Assembly (NCBI GenBank): GCA_030587475.2
Contig: JAUQYZ020000114.1
Coordinates: forward strand, 1-64,000
DNA length: 64,000 nt
Reading direction: 5' to 3'
Source of the DNA: Candidatus Sigynarchaeum calidifontis
GTDB taxonomy: Archaea > Asgardarchaeota > Lokiarchaeia > Sigyniarchaeales > Sigyniarchaeaceae
Below the pieces are notes generated by a model. The model ran no database searches, was not told the DNA's origin, and worked only from the letters and a program-made list of their open reading frames with translations. Below are positions 36,823-47,132 of the stretch, piece by piece. Position 1 is the first letter of the stretch. Every line of letters starts with the position of its first letter. Made by a program: the position numbers and the translations under genes.

Positions 36823-36957
36823 CGCCAATACTTCTTCATAGAAGATCATGGTCGTTTTCCACTTCAGTGCAGTTTTCAAACACGTGATCCGGCGCCCGTT
36901 CACCAAGCGACCGGTTAATGTTGGCTATTTTCTCTTTTCTTGATCGTGGTAATAAGC

Positions 36958-38940
36958 TTAGACCGTGCGCTTGAATTCCTTGTCGAGCCATGTAGTCGGT
37001 TTCACGATGAACGTCGGCCGGCCATGGCAGCAATGGTACGGGTCTTCGCACTTGTCGAGATCGGAAAGAAGCGTCCATATCTGCCGCCGGTCCATCGGTT
37101 CGCCTGCCCGTATAGCGGCGTGACATGCTAACAGCTTGAAGATGTCATCCTCCTCGTCCAGCTTGTCCATGGAAAGCAGTGACGTCAAAAAATCCTCGAT
37201 CACCTGGAAGCTCACGTTCACGTGGAACACGATCGGGAACTGTACGACCTTGTACGAGGGCACATCGCCCGCGTGATCTTTTACTATCTCGAAGCCGAGC
37301 CGTTTCAGCGCGGTTTGGTTTGCATCGATCAACGGCAAGAGGCTTGGCGGCAGGGACAAGACCTTCGGCACGAGCATTTGCTGGGATTTGATACCTGATG
37401 CCTTGTATTTTTTCACGATCCGCTCGTATTCGATGCGCTCGGATGCGGCATGCTGGTCAACGATGACCAGGCCACCGTCGGCCGAGGCGAAAAACAAGAA
37501 CGTGTTCCCGAGCTGCACTCCATTGGACAACAGCCGCAAGGGCGGGAGGACCTTGAACGTCCCGCTATCGACATGTTCCAGGCCACCTTCGGCTAGCTTG
37601 ACATCCAGCGGCTTCCACCCCGAGAGAATGGCGCCCTCCCCGCAACCCGAGAGATGTGGCGAAGGGGTTTCACCATTCACGCCATTTCCATCTCCTGTTT
37701 CTACATCGGCTTTGGCCTGGCCATCATCGAGTTGCTGCGAGAAGTCATCGTCAAGATCGAGAATCCGCTCGGGAATCCTCTCGCTCGCATCCTCCAGGAT
37801 GTCATCAAAGCTCTTCTTTCTCGAAGCCCTGTTTTCTCGTGCACCCGTTGAGGTGCCTTGCTTGCCACTCGTGAGCATGACTCCCCGGGGGCCTGGCACG
37901 TGATCGTCCAGCTTGCCCGCCGCGGGGATCGAAACAGCCTGGTTGACCTTCGCGTCCAGTGCCGCGCGAACCCATGTCTCGATCCGCTCGAGCAGCTCGT
38001 TCTCGTTGCTGAACTTGATTTCTTTCTTCGTCGGATGGATGTTCACGTCGATGAGCGAGGGCTTGATGTCGAGAAACAGCACGTAGAATGGATACCTGCC
38101 TTTCATCAAGCGGGTTTCGTAGGCATTCTCGATGGCCCTTGCGATGTCGGCGGAAGCCACGTAACGGCGGTTCACGAGCAGCGTTGAATAGGACCTGGCA
38201 CTCCGGGTTATGTCCGGTGCGGCGATGAAACCGTGCAGCGAGAAGTCGGGCGCCTTCTGGTCGATGGCGATCATGCGACTTGCCTGCTCGTGCCCGTAGA
38301 TCGACACGATCTTGTTCAAGAGCTCCCCCTTGCTAGGCGGCGCATCGAGCACGAGATGCCCATCATGGAAGAGCTTGATTGCCACGTCATGGTAAGCAAG
38401 AGCATATCGCGTGACGATGTCCGAGATGTGGGAGAATTCCACGGCCTCGTTTTTCAAGAACTTGCGCCGGACGGGCACGTTGAAAAAGAGTTTTTTCACC
38501 GTGATGGTGGTCCCGATGGGGCACGCGACCGAACTATCTTCCAAAAGCTGATCTCCCTCCAACACGACTTTTTTGCCCAGATCGTGTTTCTTAGTTCGTG
38601 TCACTATTTCTACACGCGCCACGGCCTTGATGCTCGCAAGGGCCTCGCCGCGGAAGCCGAGGGTTGACAGGTTATACACGTCGTTGAATTCATTGATCTT
38701 CGATGTCGTGTGGCGGTCGAAGGCCAAGATGACCTCCTCGGGCTCGATCCCGCATCCGTCATCGATAACCTTGATGGACTTCGTTCCCGCCTCCTCGATA
38801 TTGATTTCGATCCGCGTCGCCCCCGCGTCGATCGCGTTCTCGAGTAGCTCCTTGACCACGGCTGCCGGACGCTCGATGACCTCCCCCGCGGCGATTTTCT
38901 CGAAATCCTTGATCTTGTGGATGTTTCCCATGGCGATCAT
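36958..38940 (-). CDS. mutL: DNA mismatch repair endonuclease MutL
   Basis: IAAGEVIERP..VVKEL.ENAIDAGA, GFRGEAL, DVNIHP.K.E, the endonuclease motif DQHAASERIEYE, ACH and CCHGRP. Confidence 0.96.
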   Translation of the reverse strand: MIAMGNIHKIKDFEKIAAGEVIERPAAVVKELLENAIDAGATRIEINIEEAGTKSIKVIDDGCGIEPEEVILAFDRHTTSKINEFNDVYNLSTLGFRGEALASIKAVARVEIVTRTKKHDLGKKVVLEGDQLLEDSSVACPIGTTITVKKLFFNVPVRRKFLKNEAVEFSHISDIVTRYALAYHDVAIKLFHDGHLVLDAPPSKGELLNKIVSIYGHEQASRMIAIDQKAPDFSLHGFIAAPDITRSARSYSTLLVNRRYVASADIARAIENAYETRLMKGRYPFYVLFLDIKPSLIDVNIHPTKKEIKFSNENELLERIETWVRAALDAKVNQAVSIPAAGKLDDHVPGPRGVMLTSGKQGTSTGARENRASRKKSFDDILEDASERIPERILDLDDDFSQQLDDGQAKADVETGDGNGVNGETPSPHLSGCGEGAILSGWKPLDVKLAEGGLEHVDSGTFKVLPPLRLLSNGVQLGNTFLFFASADGGLVIVDQHAASERIEYERIVKKYKASGIKSQQMLVPKVLSLPPSLLPLIDANQTALKRLGFEIVKDHAGDVPSYKVVQFPIVFHVNVSFQVIEDFLTSLLSMDKLDEEDDIFKLLACHAAIRAGEPMDRRQIWTLLSDLDKCEDPYHCCHGRPTFIVKPTTWLDKEFKRTV

Positions 38941-38946
38941 GCTCGT

Positions 38947-40593
38947 TTACGAGATTGAAACGCGTTTCACGTTACCCGCGGGGATCAAGGGGCTTGTTAT
39001 TATGTTGAAATACGATTCGAGGCTTGCGGGGAGCAGCTCGTGCACGTGACTAATTTTCTTGCCGACGATAAAGGGGAGCACCTGGTCAACAAAAAAAATC
39101 TTGGCATCCTGGTCGATGTCGAGGGAATCCTCGATCTCGATGATGGCGTATCCTCGGTTTTCGAATGCTTTCTTGTCTTTTTCTATCCTGGCGCACGCGT
39201 GGAGCTTTTCTTGAGCCCGCTCGATGTCCTTCTTGAGGCGCTCGCGCCGCTTTTCCTCGACTTTTCGGGCGTTGATGGTCATTTCCTTGATTTTATCCTG
39301 GAGTTCCTTAAGATCGACGGCGATGTGGACGAGAATCTTCAAGACATCGTCGGGATTCCTGCTCATAATCTTGCCTTCGAGATCATCGAGAAAATCCTGG
39401 ATTGGCTTGTCCTTGATCCCCGCGGCGAGCTCTGGGCCATGTAAAATGACGAGTATTTTCTTGTCGTCCATCAACCGCGCTTTTACCTTCGTGATGTCGG
39501 TGAAGCACGGCACGATGCCGCCTGGCGTGTGGGACGTGGCCAGGGTGAACGTCTCGATCCCCTTCGTTGCGAGCGGTTCCAGGAAGCATCGGGTGATCAG
39601 CTTGGCAGTCATCTCGCGCGACTTGTCCCCAACCTTCGGAGGCGTGACGAGGTACAGCCTCTTCAGTCCTTGGATCTCGGTGTGGTACCGCGCGAGGTCG
39701 AGGAAAAACAAGGGCATGGCATCTTGCTCCCAGTATCGCTCGGTCCGGATTATCGCGTGCACTTTTTTTGCTTGTTCGAGATATTTCTCCGCAAGGCGTA
39801 CACGCGCGTCGCCTTCATCGTCCGCGAACGAGCAATGATAGTAATAAATCTCGGGGAACGTGTCCTGGAAATCGGGATCGATGGCGCGGTACAGGCGTTC
39901 CTTGAGGACTTGCGGGAACAGGTTTTCGATGCCGAGATGGTCGAACACTTGCTTCACCATTGCCTCGATCGATGGTTCACCGCCATCGCTCCAAAGCGCG
40001 GCCCCGTATATCATGATGGCGACCTTGCTCGAAGGCGCCCGCATCGCATCGGCCTTCTTTGCAGTCATTTCAGCCTTCAAGCCCGCGAGGTATTTCATCA
40101 AGTTCACGAATAAATCGAAGTTGTCGACTTTTTCCTCGTCGTGGCTTGTATTCGGGTCTGGTTCTGACGTGAACACGTTCCTGGAAAACGAGACGACGAT
40201 GCCATCGCCACGCGATATCTTCACCGCGAGTCCCTTGCACCTGGCTGCGAAATCGGCTTCGTCGATGCCATCGAGCAAGAACTTGTTGCTATCCCCGGCG
40301 GGTTTGCCGTCCACGATCATGTCCTCGAATCCCGACTCGTCATCGAGCGAATACAGGTAGACGATGATGCCGCCCCCTTTTAAATAAGCAACCAGCGCGC
40401 TGTTCGTCGCATTCTCGATGGGATCGTCCTCGAGCACGATGATGTCGTTCTTCGGGATGTTTTCGATGTTCTCGGGACGATCCTCCCAAATTTTAAAGGA
40501 TTTAAAACCGACTTGCAAGTTTGTTTGCTTGACAAGGGGAAACAAGGTGCTGATTTTCGACACGACGAACCCGATGCCGGTGAAGTCCCTCAT
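38947..40593 (-). CDS. Hypothetical protein between mutS and mutL (N-terminal GATase/DUF4350-like domain, C-terminal coiled coil)
   Basis: 548 aa ORF with normal codon usage; L..YL.GGG.IV.L and G.G.VV...VF...DN..LF.NL..YL pattern. Gaps of 28 nt to mutS and 6 nt to mutL. Confidence 0.6.
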   Translation of the reverse strand: MRDFTGIGFVVSKISTLFPLVKQTNLQVGFKSFKIWEDRPENIENIPKNDIIVLEDDPIENATNSALVAYLKGGGIIVYLYSLDDESGFEDMIVDGKPAGDSNKFLLDGIDEADFAARCKGLAVKISRGDGIVVSFSRNVFTSEPDPNTSHDEEKVDNFDLFVNLMKYLAGLKAEMTAKKADAMRAPSSKVAIMIYGAALWSDGGEPSIEAMVKQVFDHLGIENLFPQVLKERLYRAIDPDFQDTFPEIYYYHCSFADDEGDARVRLAEKYLEQAKKVHAIIRTERYWEQDAMPLFFLDLARYHTEIQGLKRLYLVTPPKVGDKSREMTAKLITRCFLEPLATKGIETFTLATSHTPGGIVPCFTDITKVKARLMDDKKILVILHGPELAAGIKDKPIQDFLDDLEGKIMSRNPDDVLKILVHIAVDLKELQDKIKEMTINARKVEEKRRERLKKDIERAQEKLHACARIEKDKKAFENRGYAIIEIEDSLDIDQDAKIFFVDQVLPFIVGKKISHVHELLPASLESYFNIITSPLIPAGNVKRVSIS

Positions 40594-40621
40594 GAGCGAT
40601 GTCCTCGACGATAATTGGGAG

Positions 40622-43336
40622 TCATTCCTTATTATCCCGCGCGATCATGTCTTTCAGCCTCTTGAGAATGGCGAGCGCATCGAGCGGGGTGGTCGAATCG
40701 AGATTTAACTTCTCCAATTCCTCCCGCACGGCGCGCAAACCCGGATCATTGTTCTGTTCCTTCAAGATCGGGAACAAGATTGTCTGGATGGTCTTCTGCT
40801 TCATGCGATGCCGCTCCTCCCGGGGTCCCGGGCTCGCGATACCCTTCTCGCCGATGAGCTTGATGCGGTCGGTCGTGAGCGGGTCCTCGTCCGACAATTT
40901 CTTCAAGATATCCTCGGCCCTGGCGATCACGGGCGCCGGGATGCCGGCGAGCTTGGCGACCTGGATACCGTAACTCTTGTCCGATGCCCCGGGGACGACC
41001 TTGTGCAGGAAGATGAGTTCCCTCGTCTTGTCGTCCTCCTTCACGAGCACGTTCAGATTTTTTGTTCTCGGGAGGAACGATTCGAGATCCGAGAGCTGGT
41101 GATAATGCGTGGCAAAGAGCGTCTTCACGTTCTTTGCTTGCAAGTATTCCGCGACTGCCCATGCAAGGCTCAAGCCATCGAACGTCGAGGTGCCGCGGCC
41201 TAGCTCGTCGAGGATGACCAGCGACTTGGTGGTCGCGTGGTTCAATATATACGCGGTCTCGTTCATCTCGACGAGAAAAGTCGATTTTGCCCGCGAGATG
41301 TCATCTTGCGCGCCAACACGGGAGAATATCTTGTCCGTGATGCAGATCGAGGCCTCCTTGGCGGGCACGAACGACCCTGCTTGCGCCAGCAGCACGATCA
41401 AGCATATCTGCCGCAAGAACGTGCTCTTGCCGCTCATGTTCGGCCCAGTAACGATCGTGAGCACGTTCTCGGCCGGGTCGATCTTCACGTCGTTCGAGAT
41501 GAATTTGTCGATCCCGATCATTTTTTCGATGACAGGGTGGCGCCCCTCCTGGATGCTGATGACACCGCCATCGTCGATGCGTGGCCGCGTGTAATTCCCC
41601 GACGCGGCGACTTGCGCCATGGTGAGCATGACGTCGATTTCTGCGATCGTTCTTGCCGCGGCCTGGATGTCACCCGTTGCTTTGATCGCGCGTGATTTCA
41701 TGTCAAGGAAGATTTCTTTCTCGATCTCGAAGATCCGCCCTTCCGCGGAAACGATCTTCTCCTCCATTGCCTTCAGCTCGGGCGTGGTGTATCGCTCCGC
41801 GTTCACGAGCGTTTGCTTTCTCGTCCACGAGCTGGGCACCTTGTCCACGTAACTCTTCGATATCTCGATGAAGTATCCGAAGACGCTGTTGTTCTTGACC
41901 CGAAGGGTCGTGAGCCCGTACTTGTGCCGCGCCTCTTCCTGATATTTTTCGAGCCATTCATCGCTACCTGAACGTATGTTCCTCAGCTCGTCGAGTTCCT
42001 GGTTGACGCCGGCGCGGACCATGCCCCCTTCACTTGTCGTTGCGGGGGGTGCATCGACGAATGTCTCGAGAAAAAGCTTGGCGAGCGGTGCGAAGTCCAC
42101 GAGACTCCTTTCATACCGCCGCGCGAAGTCTGAATTGATGCCGGCGATTATTTTCTTGATCTTGGGAACTTGTTCAAGGCTATGCCCGAGCTGGACCAGG
42201 TGGCGGGCGCTAACACCACTCGAATAGTTGATCCGGGCGATCAATCGCTCCAAGTCGCAAATACCGGTCATTTCCCGTTTGAGGTTCTCGCGCACCATGG
42301 CATCTTTCACGAGCAGCTCCACGAAGTCAAGACGGGCATTGATCGCTCCCTTGTCCATGAGTGGCGACAGCAGCGTCCTTTTCACGAGCCGCATTCCCAT
42401 GGCCGTGCACGTCTTGGAGAAAAGATCAAAGAGTGTCCCCCGCGTGCTGCCATCGATGTTGTTCTTGACGATCTCGAGGTTGCGTACGGAATTCTGGTCG
42501 ATCTGCATGTGGCTTGATGGAATCTTGTGCGTGCTCGAGGTGATGTTTGACAAGGCTTGCTTCTGGTTTTCTTGCAAGTACAGCAAGAGTGCCCCCGCGA
42601 CACCCACCACGTCATCGTTTCCCTCGATACCGAAGCTTTCCAGGTTCGAAACCTTGAAGTGCTTGGCAAGCAATTCCCGGCCATCGACGGGATTGTAATC
42701 CAGAGCGGAGCGGCGCCGGATGGAAGTGGCGGGTAGTACCTTGGCGATCCACGTCGTGATGTCCTCGTCGCTCGCGTTGTCGGGGATGATGATCTCCACG
42801 GGGTTATACCGTGCAAGATCACTGGAGAGCGTGGCGAGGCGCTGGCGCGAGTCCACGTAACTGGTCGTGAAAAAATCGCCCGTGGATATGTCGCAGAACG
42901 CCATGGCAATCTTGATCGAATCTTGCGCCTGCTTGACGGGGAACCATGCCATGGCGGCGAGATAGTTGTTTGAATCTTTCTCCAAAACATTATCATCGAG
43001 AATGGTGCCTGGGGTGATCACGCGGACGATATCCCGCTCGACGATGCGACCTTTTGCTTCGGAAGGGTCTTCCACCTGGTCGACAACGACGACTGGGCGC
43101 CCTGCTTTCACTATCCTTTCAAGTGACTCCTGGCCGGATGCGTATGGAAATCCAGCGAGCGGAATTCCTTGCCGATCGGTCAAGGCGAGATCGAGTATTC
43201 TTGAAACATCCTTTGCGTCGTCGTAGAAAAACTCGTAGAAATCGCCCAACCTGAACGCCATGATGTAGTGCTTGTCGTACCGGGCTCGGAATTGTTCCCA
43301 TTGAGCTTGCAGAGGCGTGCGTTTGGGGGCAGACAC
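40622..43336 (-). CDS. mutS: DNA mismatch repair protein MutS (MutS1)
   Basis: GDFYEFF mismatch-recognition motif, TPGT, GPNMSGKST, STFLVEM, DELGRGT, FATHYH and SYGI.VA.LAG.P. Confidence 0.96.
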   Translation of the reverse strand: MSAPKRTPLQAQWEQFRARYDKHYIMAFRLGDFYEFFYDDAKDVSRILDLALTDRQGIPLAGFPYASGQESLERIVKAGRPVVVVDQVEDPSEAKGRIVERDIVRVITPGTILDDNVLEKDSNNYLAAMAWFPVKQAQDSIKIAMAFCDISTGDFFTTSYVDSRQRLATLSSDLARYNPVEIIIPDNASDEDITTWIAKVLPATSIRRRSALDYNPVDGRELLAKHFKVSNLESFGIEGNDDVVGVAGALLLYLQENQKQALSNITSSTHKIPSSHMQIDQNSVRNLEIVKNNIDGSTRGTLFDLFSKTCTAMGMRLVKRTLLSPLMDKGAINARLDFVELLVKDAMVRENLKREMTGICDLERLIARINYSSGVSARHLVQLGHSLEQVPKIKKIIAGINSDFARRYERSLVDFAPLAKLFLETFVDAPPATTSEGGMVRAGVNQELDELRNIRSGSDEWLEKYQEEARHKYGLTTLRVKNNSVFGYFIEISKSYVDKVPSSWTRKQTLVNAERYTTPELKAMEEKIVSAEGRIFEIEKEIFLDMKSRAIKATGDIQAAARTIAEIDVMLTMAQVAASGNYTRPRIDDGGVISIQEGRHPVIEKMIGIDKFISNDVKIDPAENVLTIVTGPNMSGKSTFLRQICLIVLLAQAGSFVPAKEASICITDKIFSRVGAQDDISRAKSTFLVEMNETAYILNHATTKSLVILDELGRGTSTFDGLSLAWAVAEYLQAKNVKTLFATHYHQLSDLESFLPRTKNLNVLVKEDDKTRELIFLHKVVPGASDKSYGIQVAKLAGIPAPVIARAEDILKKLSDEDPLTTDRIKLIGEKGIASPGPREERHRMKQKTIQTILFPILKEQNNDPGLRAVREELEKLNLDSTTPLDALAILKRLKDMIARDNKE

Positions 43337-43448
43337 GGGCTCTCATCCTACCATTGCTACCTGGAAGGTCAGTCGTGTATTAACCCCGATTATTAATGAA
43401 TAAATACGCCTTAGACCGAGAGGGAATCGACGGCCTCCTATTAGCGAT

Positions 43449-44438
43449 TCATTCATCCACGTCTTGCACGCCCTTCTCGGTTAGTCTGAACGAGATTTCG
43501 GCTTCGGGAAGCCCAGGGGCATCGATAATGCGTGCGAACCGCGTGTCCCCCCTTCCCTTGCGCAGTTGCAGCCGGTAGGTGCTGCAATGCGCCATGATAT
43601 TCCCGCCGGCCGGTTGGATGGGATCGTCGAACAAGGTGTCTGGCCTTGCTTGCACCTGGTTGGTCACCAACGCCGCGATGCCGTACGTGTCGACCAGTTG
43701 CTGTATCTGGTGGAGGTGCATGTTGAGGAGTTGCTGGCGTGGCCCCAGGGCGCCGAGCCCGATGTATTCTGCCCTGAAATGGTTTATTATGGAGTCGACC
43801 ACGAGCAGCTTGATGCCACGCGTCTCGACGAGCTGCCTTGCTTGCTTGATGATGGTTATCTGATGCTCGCTATTGAATGCCCGCCCGTAGATGACGTTCC
43901 CGAGTGCCTCCTTCACGTCGATTTTCATGCCGATGGCCATCTGCACGAGACGTTCTGGCCGGAACGTGCTTTCCGTGTCGACATACAGCGCCCTTCCTCC
44001 AAGCCCCCCGCGATCGAGGGGCAGTTGGACGTTCAAGCATACCTGGTGCGCGATCTGGGTCTTACCCGTGCGGAACTCGCCGACAAGCTCGGTGATGGCC
44101 CCGCACTCGATGCCCCCGCCGAGCAACTCGTCCAATGCCGTGCTACTGGTCGTGATGCGACCGAGACGCTTTCGTCTCTCGAGCACGTCGTTTGCGGTCT
44201 GGAACTCGATCTTGCACAGCCCTCGCGCAGCCTGGATGATCTTTTGCGCGGTTCGTTCGCCGATGCCGCTTTGCTCTTGGAGCATCCTCGTTGAAAGCGT
44301 GGCGATCGCACGCAAGTTTGAGAATCCGTTATTTGACAGCTTTTCAACGATGCCCGGGCCGAATCCCAGAAGATGCTCGATTGTGATTGCAGCGCCGCTT
44401 TCAGCAGGTTCTTTTCCTCTTTCTCCGGCACTGGACAT
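43449..44438 (-). CDS. radA: RadA/Rad51-family recombinase or paralog
   Basis: N-terminal HhH, FQTA polymerisation motif, GEFRTGKT, DTESTFRPER, LVVDS, TNQV and GGNIMAH. Start taken at MSSAG. Confidence 0.85.
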   Translation of the reverse strand: MSSAGERGKEPAESGAAITIEHLLGFGPGIVEKLSNNGFSNLRAIATLSTRMLQEQSGIGERTAQKIIQAARGLCKIEFQTANDVLERRKRLGRITTSSTALDELLGGGIECGAITELVGEFRTGKTQIAHQVCLNVQLPLDRGGLGGRALYVDTESTFRPERLVQMAIGMKIDVKEALGNVIYGRAFNSEHQITIIKQARQLVETRGIKLLVVDSIINHFRAEYIGLGALGPRQQLLNMHLHQIQQLVDTYGIAALVTNQVQARPDTLFDDPIQPAGGNIMAHCSTYRLQLRKGRGDTRFARIIDAPGLPEAEISFRLTEKGVQDVDE

Positions 44439-44606
44439 GTCGTCATCGTGTCGTGATAGATTTTTTACCATTATCATCATGCGCGAGTATGCGGTCTGGA
44501 CGCGAGCGGCGCGCACGGCGTGGATTTGAACGAGCTTCCCGTGCGTTAACGACAATAGCTCCCGCGCGATGTTTTAAATCCTGGATCAGCAAGGAATTTC
44601 TGAACC

Positions 44607-45254
44607 ATGCCAGATCGAAACGTGCACGCGCGGAGCAAGCCATCCTTGAAAACGAGAGTGAGCATGCTTTCCGCCGCCACTCGCGTGTTACGGCATTCCT
44701 TGTCGGCTCGCGAGTTTCTCGTCGTGCTCTTCCGGTATGCGCGGGCGGGAAAGGCATCGACGTGGGATTCCTTCCCCCCACCGAGCGACGAAAAGGATGC
44801 CGGCTCGCGTGATCAATTGGGGGATGCAATCCGCGTGTATAAGGCACTGCAATCTACAATTGGCCGCGATCGGGCGATTGCCATCATCCATGACGTCGTG
44901 AAAGCCGCGGCGATTGCATTCTTGCACGGCACGATACCCGTGATGAAACGGAAAGACCTCCTCTTGATGAGTCCCGAGGACAGGCGCGCGTTGCTGGAAA
45001 GGATCCTGGACATGTTTCCGAACAGCGATGGCAAGATCGTGGCATTTTCTTCCGATGAATTCACTTTCCAGGTCATTCGATGCAGATTTCCAGAACTCCT
45101 GGCAAGGTTAGGTTACCCGGAACTCGCCGGGGCATTCTGCACGGGGGATATCGAGTATTTCCAGCGTTTCCAGCCGGATATCGAGGCGTCGCGGGACACG
45201 ACCATCGCGGCCGGAGGGGATCGCTGCGAGTTCAAGTTGCGGCTAAAGACTTAA
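44607..45254 (+). CDS. L-2-amino-thiazoline-4-carboxylate hydrolase-like (V4R fold) protein
   Basis: F.V.RC.F.....LG.PEL...FC.GD and R..TIA.G...C.F motif. Start uncertain. Confidence 0.75.
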   Translation: MPDRNVHARSKPSLKTRVSMLSAATRVLRHSLSAREFLVVLFRYARAGKASTWDSFPPPSDEKDAGSRDQLGDAIRVYKALQSTIGRDRAIAIIHDVVKAAAIAFLHGTIPVMKRKDLLLMSPEDRRALLERILDMFPNSDGKIVAFSSDEFTFQVIRCRFPELLARLGYPELAGAFCTGDIEYFQRFQPDIEASRDTTIAAGGDRCEFKLRLKT

Positions 45255-45279
45255 ACGGCGCGTGCACGGATAGCAATCC

Positions 45280-45576
45280 ATGAACAAAAACAAAATTTGG
45301 CGGATCGCTTGGCGGATCGTGCATTGGTTTATCATCGTGAATTTTATCGTCGAGATCGCGTATTGTGGCTTTCAAGTCTTTGGCGTGCTCGGCGGCGGGC
45401 CGCTTTTTGGTGCTGCACTCGACATGGACATCGATCTGTTCTTGAAACGGCGGTTATACGCGATCGAGACGTGGATCGCCATCGCGGGTTTGGCAATCTA
45501 CATTGCGATCACGGAGATCTTGCCCCGGCAGAAAAAGGAAATGGCGACTGCAAGCCGGGTCACCGAGAGTCCATGA
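45280..45576 (+). CDS. Small 2-TM membrane protein of unknown function
   Basis: 98 aa with two hydrophobic segments and RRLYAIETWIA; co-oriented 25 nt after the previous gene. Confidence 0.65.
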   Translation: MNKNKIWRIAWRIVHWFIIVNFIVEIAYCGFQVFGVLGGGPLFGAALDMDIDLFLKRRLYAIETWIAIAGLAIYIAITEILPRQKKEMATASRVTESP

Positions 45577-47008
45577 GGGCCGCGACCTCGTCTTGATACT
45601 TGGCCAGCAAGCTCGTGGCACGGTCCTTGCTCCTTGCTTCGACGAGGACGCGAATGATGGGTTCCGTGTTCGACGGGTGTATGAGCACCCACCAGCCATC
45701 GCCAGAGAACTTGATATCATTCATTATTCGCGTGAATGAAGATGGCTCGTGGATTTTTGCCATGCGTTCCATGACAGCGAGCGGGTCGTGGCCGGTGGTC
45801 GGTATCTTTACTTTTTCCAGGTGATATTCTGGCAGTTCTTTCGCCAGCGCGGAAAGTGGGAGCTCGCGCTTGGTCATGATCGCGACCGTGCAAGCTGCAG
45901 CGAGCGTCGCGTCGCGGGCCAGGTTCAGTTCCGGGACCATGATGCCACCGCAACTACCCTCGCCGCCGACGATCACGAGGCGCGCCTTTCCTTGCTGCTT
46001 CTTCGCGAGCTCGTACATCTGGACGGCGAGGTATCGCTCGCCGATCGGGGTCCGGATGACCTCGCCTCCACGCTCGCGGGCGATGTCTTCGAACATGAGC
46101 GATGACGCGATGTTCGTGACGATAACGAGCTTGCGATCCGAGTCGTATAGCCCGGCCATGTCGCGCATTAATATGGCCAGGCCCTCATCCTCGCGCAATA
46201 TCCGTCCTTTCTCGTCGCACAAGCTGATGCGATCCGCGTCGCAATCGAGGCCGAAACCGATGTCAACGCCAGACTCTGGAACCATTTTCGAAAGCAACCT
46301 CAAGTTCTCCTCGATCGGTTCGGAACTGCGCGGGAAAAATGGTGGCTTGCCTGCCATCTCATCGTTGATCGGCTTCACCTCGCAACCGAGCGATTTTAAT
46401 AGGGGGATGGTGGCATGCTTGCCTGCGCCCGCGCCCGTGTCGACGATGGCCTTGAGCCGTGGCTTCTTCTTGAGAAGTGGCTTGATGAAATCAACTATGG
46501 ATTTCAAGTACGGGGCCATTATCTCGACGTGGGTCACGGTGCTCGGTTCCTTCCACGAGTTGATGTGGAACTGTCCATCGTGCAAGATCCGCTTGATGGG
46601 ATCCAGCTCCTCGTTGCTCAAGAAGGTGCCCGGGGGTGCGGGTGACAAGAACTTGAGGCCGTTGTATTCTGCCGGGTTATGGCTCGCCGATATGATGATG
46701 GCACCCTCCATGGCGAGTCGCTGCTTGGCGTAGACGATCGCCGGGGTCGGGCATATCCCGGCAACATGCACGTTGCAACCCGTGGACAGAAGGGCGCTCA
46801 CGACCCCGGCTTCGATCATGGGGCCAGATGGCCGGGTATCCCGCCCGACGACCACGGCGGGTGGCCTATCTCTGCGCATGCGCTTGAGCCAGGTGCCGTA
46901 TGCCATGGTCAAGTTCAAGACGAATGACGGTGTCAGGCCATCAGGTTCCCCGATGATCCCGCGCGTTCCCGACGCGGTGAGGATCACGTTCTTGGGGATT
47001 TCGGGCAT
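45560..47008 (-). CDS. Phosphohexomutase (phosphoglucosamine mutase/PMM/PGM family)
   Basis: GTRG, GRDTR, ISASHNP (phospho-Ser), DCDADR, GEGS and PSNTEP. Confidence 0.92.
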   Translation of the reverse strand: MPEIPKNVILTASGTRGIIGEPDGLTPSFVLNLTMAYGTWLKRMRRDRPPAVVVGRDTRPSGPMIEAGVVSALLSTGCNVHVAGICPTPAIVYAKQRLAMEGAIIISASHNPAEYNGLKFLSPAPPGTFLSNEELDPIKRILHDGQFHINSWKEPSTVTHVEIMAPYLKSIVDFIKPLLKKKPRLKAIVDTGAGAGKHATIPLLKSLGCEVKPINDEMAGKPPFFPRSSEPIEENLRLLSKMVPESGVDIGFGLDCDADRISLCDEKGRILREDEGLAILMRDMAGLYDSDRKLVIVTNIASSLMFEDIARERGGEVIRTPIGERYLAVQMYELAKKQQGKARLVIVGGEGSCGGIMVPELNLARDATLAAACTVAIMTKRELPLSALAKELPEYHLEKVKIPTTGHDPLAVMERMAKIHEPSSFTRIMNDIKFSGDGWWVLIHPSNTEPIIRVLVEARSKDRATSLLAKYQDEVAALMDSR

Positions 47009-47132
47009 CTTGGATGCGCTTCGGTCGTTCAATTTATATTAGATTGTTTTCGGATGTCCAGTTCAAGAAGGACGGGAGAAGAAATAATATTGTTCATGGT
47101 TGAACATCGGGATCGGCAGGTGCTTGAAGCGA

